Assembly: GCA_009103225.1 (NCBI GenBank)
Contig: RHPI01001559.1
Span: 300,735-364,734, forward strand
Reading direction: 5' to 3'
Length of the DNA stretch: 64,000 bases
From: Chlorokybus atmophyticus
Lineage: Eukaryota; Plantae; Mesostigma and Chlorokybus algae
In this document: positions 60,974 through 64,000 of the stretch, in pieces
Position numbering within the stretch: position 1 is the stretch's first letter
How the letters are laid out: each line of letters starts with the position of its first letter
Made by a program: the position numbers and the translations under genes
Notes under the pieces: generated by a model
Seen by the model: the letters and a program-made list of their open reading frames with translations, nothing else
What the model was told of the DNA's origin: nothing
Database searches by the model: none

Positions 60974-62827
60974 CTAGGTCTGCTGGCTTGGGGGCTGGGG
61001 AGGGTCTTCAGTAGGACGTCGCAAGGGTCTTGCTGCTGCTGCTCCACTGGACTCTCCTAGCGAAGAACCTGCAAGGGACAGTTGAAGTCCAGGGACAGAT
61101 GCCCGCCGTCGCCGCGCTGAGGAACTGGGACTGGGGCGAGGGGGTGGAAGAGCAGCAACTTGTTGGGCTTGTGTTTCAGGAATACAGGGTAGGCTATCAA
61201 GTTGCTTGAAGATGTTTCCAGGGGTATACACAGGGACGGCTGTTGGGATAAGCTCGTCGGGAACACTGACTGTCGCTCCCTCCTCTGCTGCCTCTACTAC
61301 TGGATGATGTCAACCTGTTTAAGTTGGCGAGCTAAGTCCTCGTTTTGAGTTCTAAGAACTCGCTCTGCCTTCTCATTAGCCTCTGCCCGTTGAGCAGCCA
61401 GATGCGCTGCTTGGAGGGCTCTAGCAGACGCGTTGGTTGCCGCCGTCTTGCGGAGGTTGATGTCATGGAGTGACCGAACGCGTTGCAGAATTTGCACCAT
61501 CAGCTGCGTCCTAGTCATCTCTCCATAGATTGCAGCGGCAGAGGCTTCAAGGTCTGCATACAGCATTGTCTGTTAGTACAATCAGCCAAACATGCATGCT
61601 CAAACCTTAACGCTAAAGCGTACCGTGGGTCTCAGGGATTGGTTGCCTTGCGACCTCCGGGCCTTGAAGCTGTGCTCCTTGGGCTTGCTGTGGCACCTGA
61701 GCTTTATGTGAGTTGGACATGTTGATATGAGTGCATATAAGGTTGTGAGTGTGTGATGAGAAAGCCTGACTGAAAAAGACTGTAAGACTTTCAGTTAGAC
61801 CAGATTAGATAAACTAACCTGGGGAAAGCACAGAGGTGGCAGGAGGGGCAGAGCCAGGAGGAGAAAGCACAGAGGTGGCAGGAGGGGCAGAGCCAGGAGG
61901 AGAAGGCACAGAGGTGGCAGTTGGCGCAGAGCCTGGTGGGGCAGGAGGGGCAGAACCAGGAGGGGCAGAGACTGGTGGGGCAGGAGGGGCAGAGCCTGGT
62001 GGGGCAGCAGGGGCAGAGCCAGGAGGGGCAAAGCCTGGTGGGAAAAGCACGGAGGTGGCCGGAGGTGCAGAGACTGGTGGGAAAAGCACGCTGGGGGGCA
62101 AGGAAAACAGAGCGGCAGCGCCTGGCACAACTTGTGAGAGGAGAGGTGCAGTGCCTGTCATGGTGGGGGTCAGGGTTAGTAACGGTGATTTCATAACAGG
62201 AGGAAAAGCACCAGCACCAGGCTGTTTGAAACAGCACAGTACCTTGTTGAGAACGCCGCCATTGTTGAAATGCTTCGAACTCGGCGGCGTCAAACCCTGT
62301 CACCCTGTCACCATAACCTCCCATTGGCAGTCCGCCAACTGGAATAGTCTGCTGCTCCTCAGCAGGCCTCTGCTCGTCGGGGTTGTTCTCGACCTCCATC
62401 TCCTCCTTGTCCTCCTCCTTTTCCTCCTCCACCTGCTCCTGCTCGTGTTCCTTCCCCTCCTTCTCCTCTGCCTTGTCCTCCTCTTTTTCTTCCTCCTTGT
62501 CCTCCTCCTCCTCCTCTGCCTTACTCTCCTCCTTTTCCTCCTCCTTCTCCTCCTCCTTCTCCTCCTCCTCCTTGTCCTCCTCCTTGTGCTCTTCCTTGTC
62601 GTCCTCCTCCTTTTCGTCCTCCTTGTCCTCCTCCACCTGCTCCTATACCACAACAAGGTTTAAGACTGACGACTACTAGGTTTATGTTGAGAAGCAAGAC
62701 TCACGACGAGGTTTAAGACTGAAGACACACCTTGTCGCTGGCTGGGGGGAGAACTTGCGGTGTGAGAACGGCGGCCATGTCATGCAGTGTGTAGTCCATG
62801 CGCACGACACGCTCCTCAGAGCGTCGA
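60974..62827 (-). pseudogene. Convergent low-complexity gene (Glu/Lys/Asp tract, Pro/Ala/Ser repeats, coiled coil), probably the accessory ORF of the CACTA-type element; 5' part cut by N
   Basis: Exons ...PPASDK|gtgtgt and ggtatag|EQVEEDK... join in frame. Acidic tract 62383-62640, (S)APPG repeats 61824-62090, helical segment 61297-61566 and an apparent frameshift near 61305. Confidence 0.5.
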
Positions 62828-62828
62828 N

Positions 62829-64000
62829 TGTCCGATCTACTGAACCGAATCCTACGCTGTAAGATGTGCCACGTAGCTAACTTAACAAGCTTTCCAACAA
62901 GCTATGCCACGTCCCAAATGACTGAGTATTCTAGGAGATATGACGATTCTCCTAGGACCCTTCTCTGCAGTCCGCGCCAGGACCTTCATGTCCGGAGTCT
63001 TCGAGGTCCTCCCATCGAGGTCCCTTCTCTTCTCTCTTGTATGCAGGGCAGGCTGACCGGATGTAGGAATATCTTCAACAGTCCCACGCGGGCAGCTTGG
63101 CCTCCAACGCTTGGTCTTCTTTCACCTAAGCACATATGCCGAGTCCCTTGCAACATGCCTTGAACTTCAGCGGTGACAGTGGCTTCGTCATGAAGTCCGC
63201 GAGCATGTCTTCCGTATTGCAATATTGGAACTCAACCTCCTTGCGTGTGACTCTGTCTCGCACAAAGTGATGCATGACATCAATGTGCTTTGTCCTTGTC
63301 GAGGCAATGGGGTGCTTCAGCAACTTGATGGCGCCTTGGTTGTCGCAGTTGATCGTGATACACGCCATCGGTTGCTCCAGATCTGCCATCAGCTTGCGAA
63401 GCCATAACCCCTCCTTCACTGCAGCCGATGCTGCCATGTACTCCGCTTCCGAAGTAGATGCAGCTGTTGTGGGTTGCAGCCTACTGTTCCAGCTCACCAC
63501 GCCTCCATTCAACTTGAAGACGTACGCCGTGGTGGACCTCCTGCTATCGAGGTCACCTGCAAAGTCTGCGTCGCAATAGCCCTCCATCTCTGTGCTTCCG
63601 CAACCAAACTTGATGCCAACACTTGCGCTTCCAGCCACGTAGCGCAATACTCCCTTCGCTGCACGCCAGTGCTCCATGCTTGGTGCAGACATGTAGCGCG
63701 CAAGCACTCCAACTGCATGTGCGATGTCGGGTCTTGTGCACACTGCTAGGTAGAGCATACTCCCAACAAGTTCACCATAGGGATACTGAGCCTTGTCGAG
63801 TACTTCCTCATCTTTCGCTTTGACGAGGTTGGTGCCGAGTGCCAAAGGGGTAGACTTGGTCTTTGCTTCATTGAGTCCGAACTTGGTGACAAGTTGCTTC
63901 ACCATCTGCTCTTGACTGATCTTGATTGTGCGTGCTGCTCTGTCACGCTCTATCACCATGCCAAGAAATAACTTGACCTCTCCAAGGTCGCGTACTGCGA
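62829..64000 (-). mobile_element. 3' part of a Ty1/copia retrotransposon (RT end, RNase H, putative 3' LTR 63080 to at least 62829)
   Basis: After the pol stop the sequence reads ...cgtgggac|TGTTGAAGAT. The LTR-like stretch runs to the N at 62828. Confidence 0.85.
63126..64000 (-). CDS. pol: Copia pol C-terminus (RT and RNase H), open beyond the window
   Basis: YGELVGSMLYLAVCTRPDIA, GYCDADFAGD, RRSTTAYVF, STSEAEY, CDNQGAI, RTKHIDV, MLADFMTKPL. Confidence 0.97.
   Translation of the reverse strand, partial: AVRDLGEVKLFLGMVIERDRAARTIKISQEQMVKQLVTKFGLNEAKTKSTPLALGTNLVKAKDEEVLDKAQYPYGELVGSMLYLAVCTRPDIAHAVGVLARYMSAPSMEHWRAAKGVLRYVAGSASVGIKFGCGSTEMEGYCDADFAGDLDSRRSTTAYVFKLNGGVVSWNSRLQPTTAASTSEAEYMAASAAVKEGLWLRKLMADLEQPMACITINCDNQGAIKLLKHPIASTRTKHIDVMHHFVRDRVTRKEVEFQYCNTEDMLADFMTKPLSPLKFKACCKGLGICA

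Larger units (their letters stand above)
54462..62827 (+). mobile_element. EnSpm/CACTA (CMC)-type DNA transposon; 5' end approximate, 3' end not seen
   Basis: A subterminal palindromic repeat field starts abruptly at CCC 54462, followed by a Tnp2-type transposase gene and a convergent low-complexity gene. Confidence 0.7.

Noticed and set aside
61836-62679. Plus-strand ORFs of 275, 98 and 91 aa and alternative minus frames
   Set aside because: They are shadow frames of low-complexity repeats that lack stop codons.
62685-62690. TGTTGA as the copia LTR boundary (perfect match to TCAACA at 63075-63080)
   Set aside because: It lies inside an in-frame GT-AG intron (62730-62644) of the accessory gene, on the far side of the N at 62828.

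Overview
Eukaryotic, intron-rich, green-lineage (algal, plant-like) genomic DNA from a gapped draft assembly. It falls into three zones. (1) 1-12.4 kb: a 210-bp tandem array of about 24 units, a decayed MYND-finger gene and a 945-N gap. (2) 12.7-36 kb: a gene-dense host block with a peroxisomal dienoyl-CoA isomerase (DCI1/ECH1), a pair of paralogous membrane proteins (one with degenerate EF-hands), an HR-like lesion-inducer protein, a stand-alone HDAC6-type ZnF-UBP protein, a 4xCxxC glutaredoxin-like protein and an ALT-type hot-dog thioesterase. (3) 38-64 kb: a nested transposon island. A 541-bp TRIM with 79-bp LTRs (TSD TCCAT) holds an 8.55-kb AcademX-type DNA transposon (21-bp TIRs, TSD GTCA), which in turn holds a young 6.87-kb chromovirus (339-bp LTRs, TSD GACTG). 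An EnSpm/CACTA-type element and the 3' end of a copia element follow. The most striking observation is the TRIM: its PPT-U3 and U5-PBS junctions are almost identical to those of the chromovirus, and its 5' LTR/PBS junction builds a tRNA-geometry Pol III A-box/B-box promoter split across LTR and internal region. All gene models and family assignments were made by eye, without database searches.
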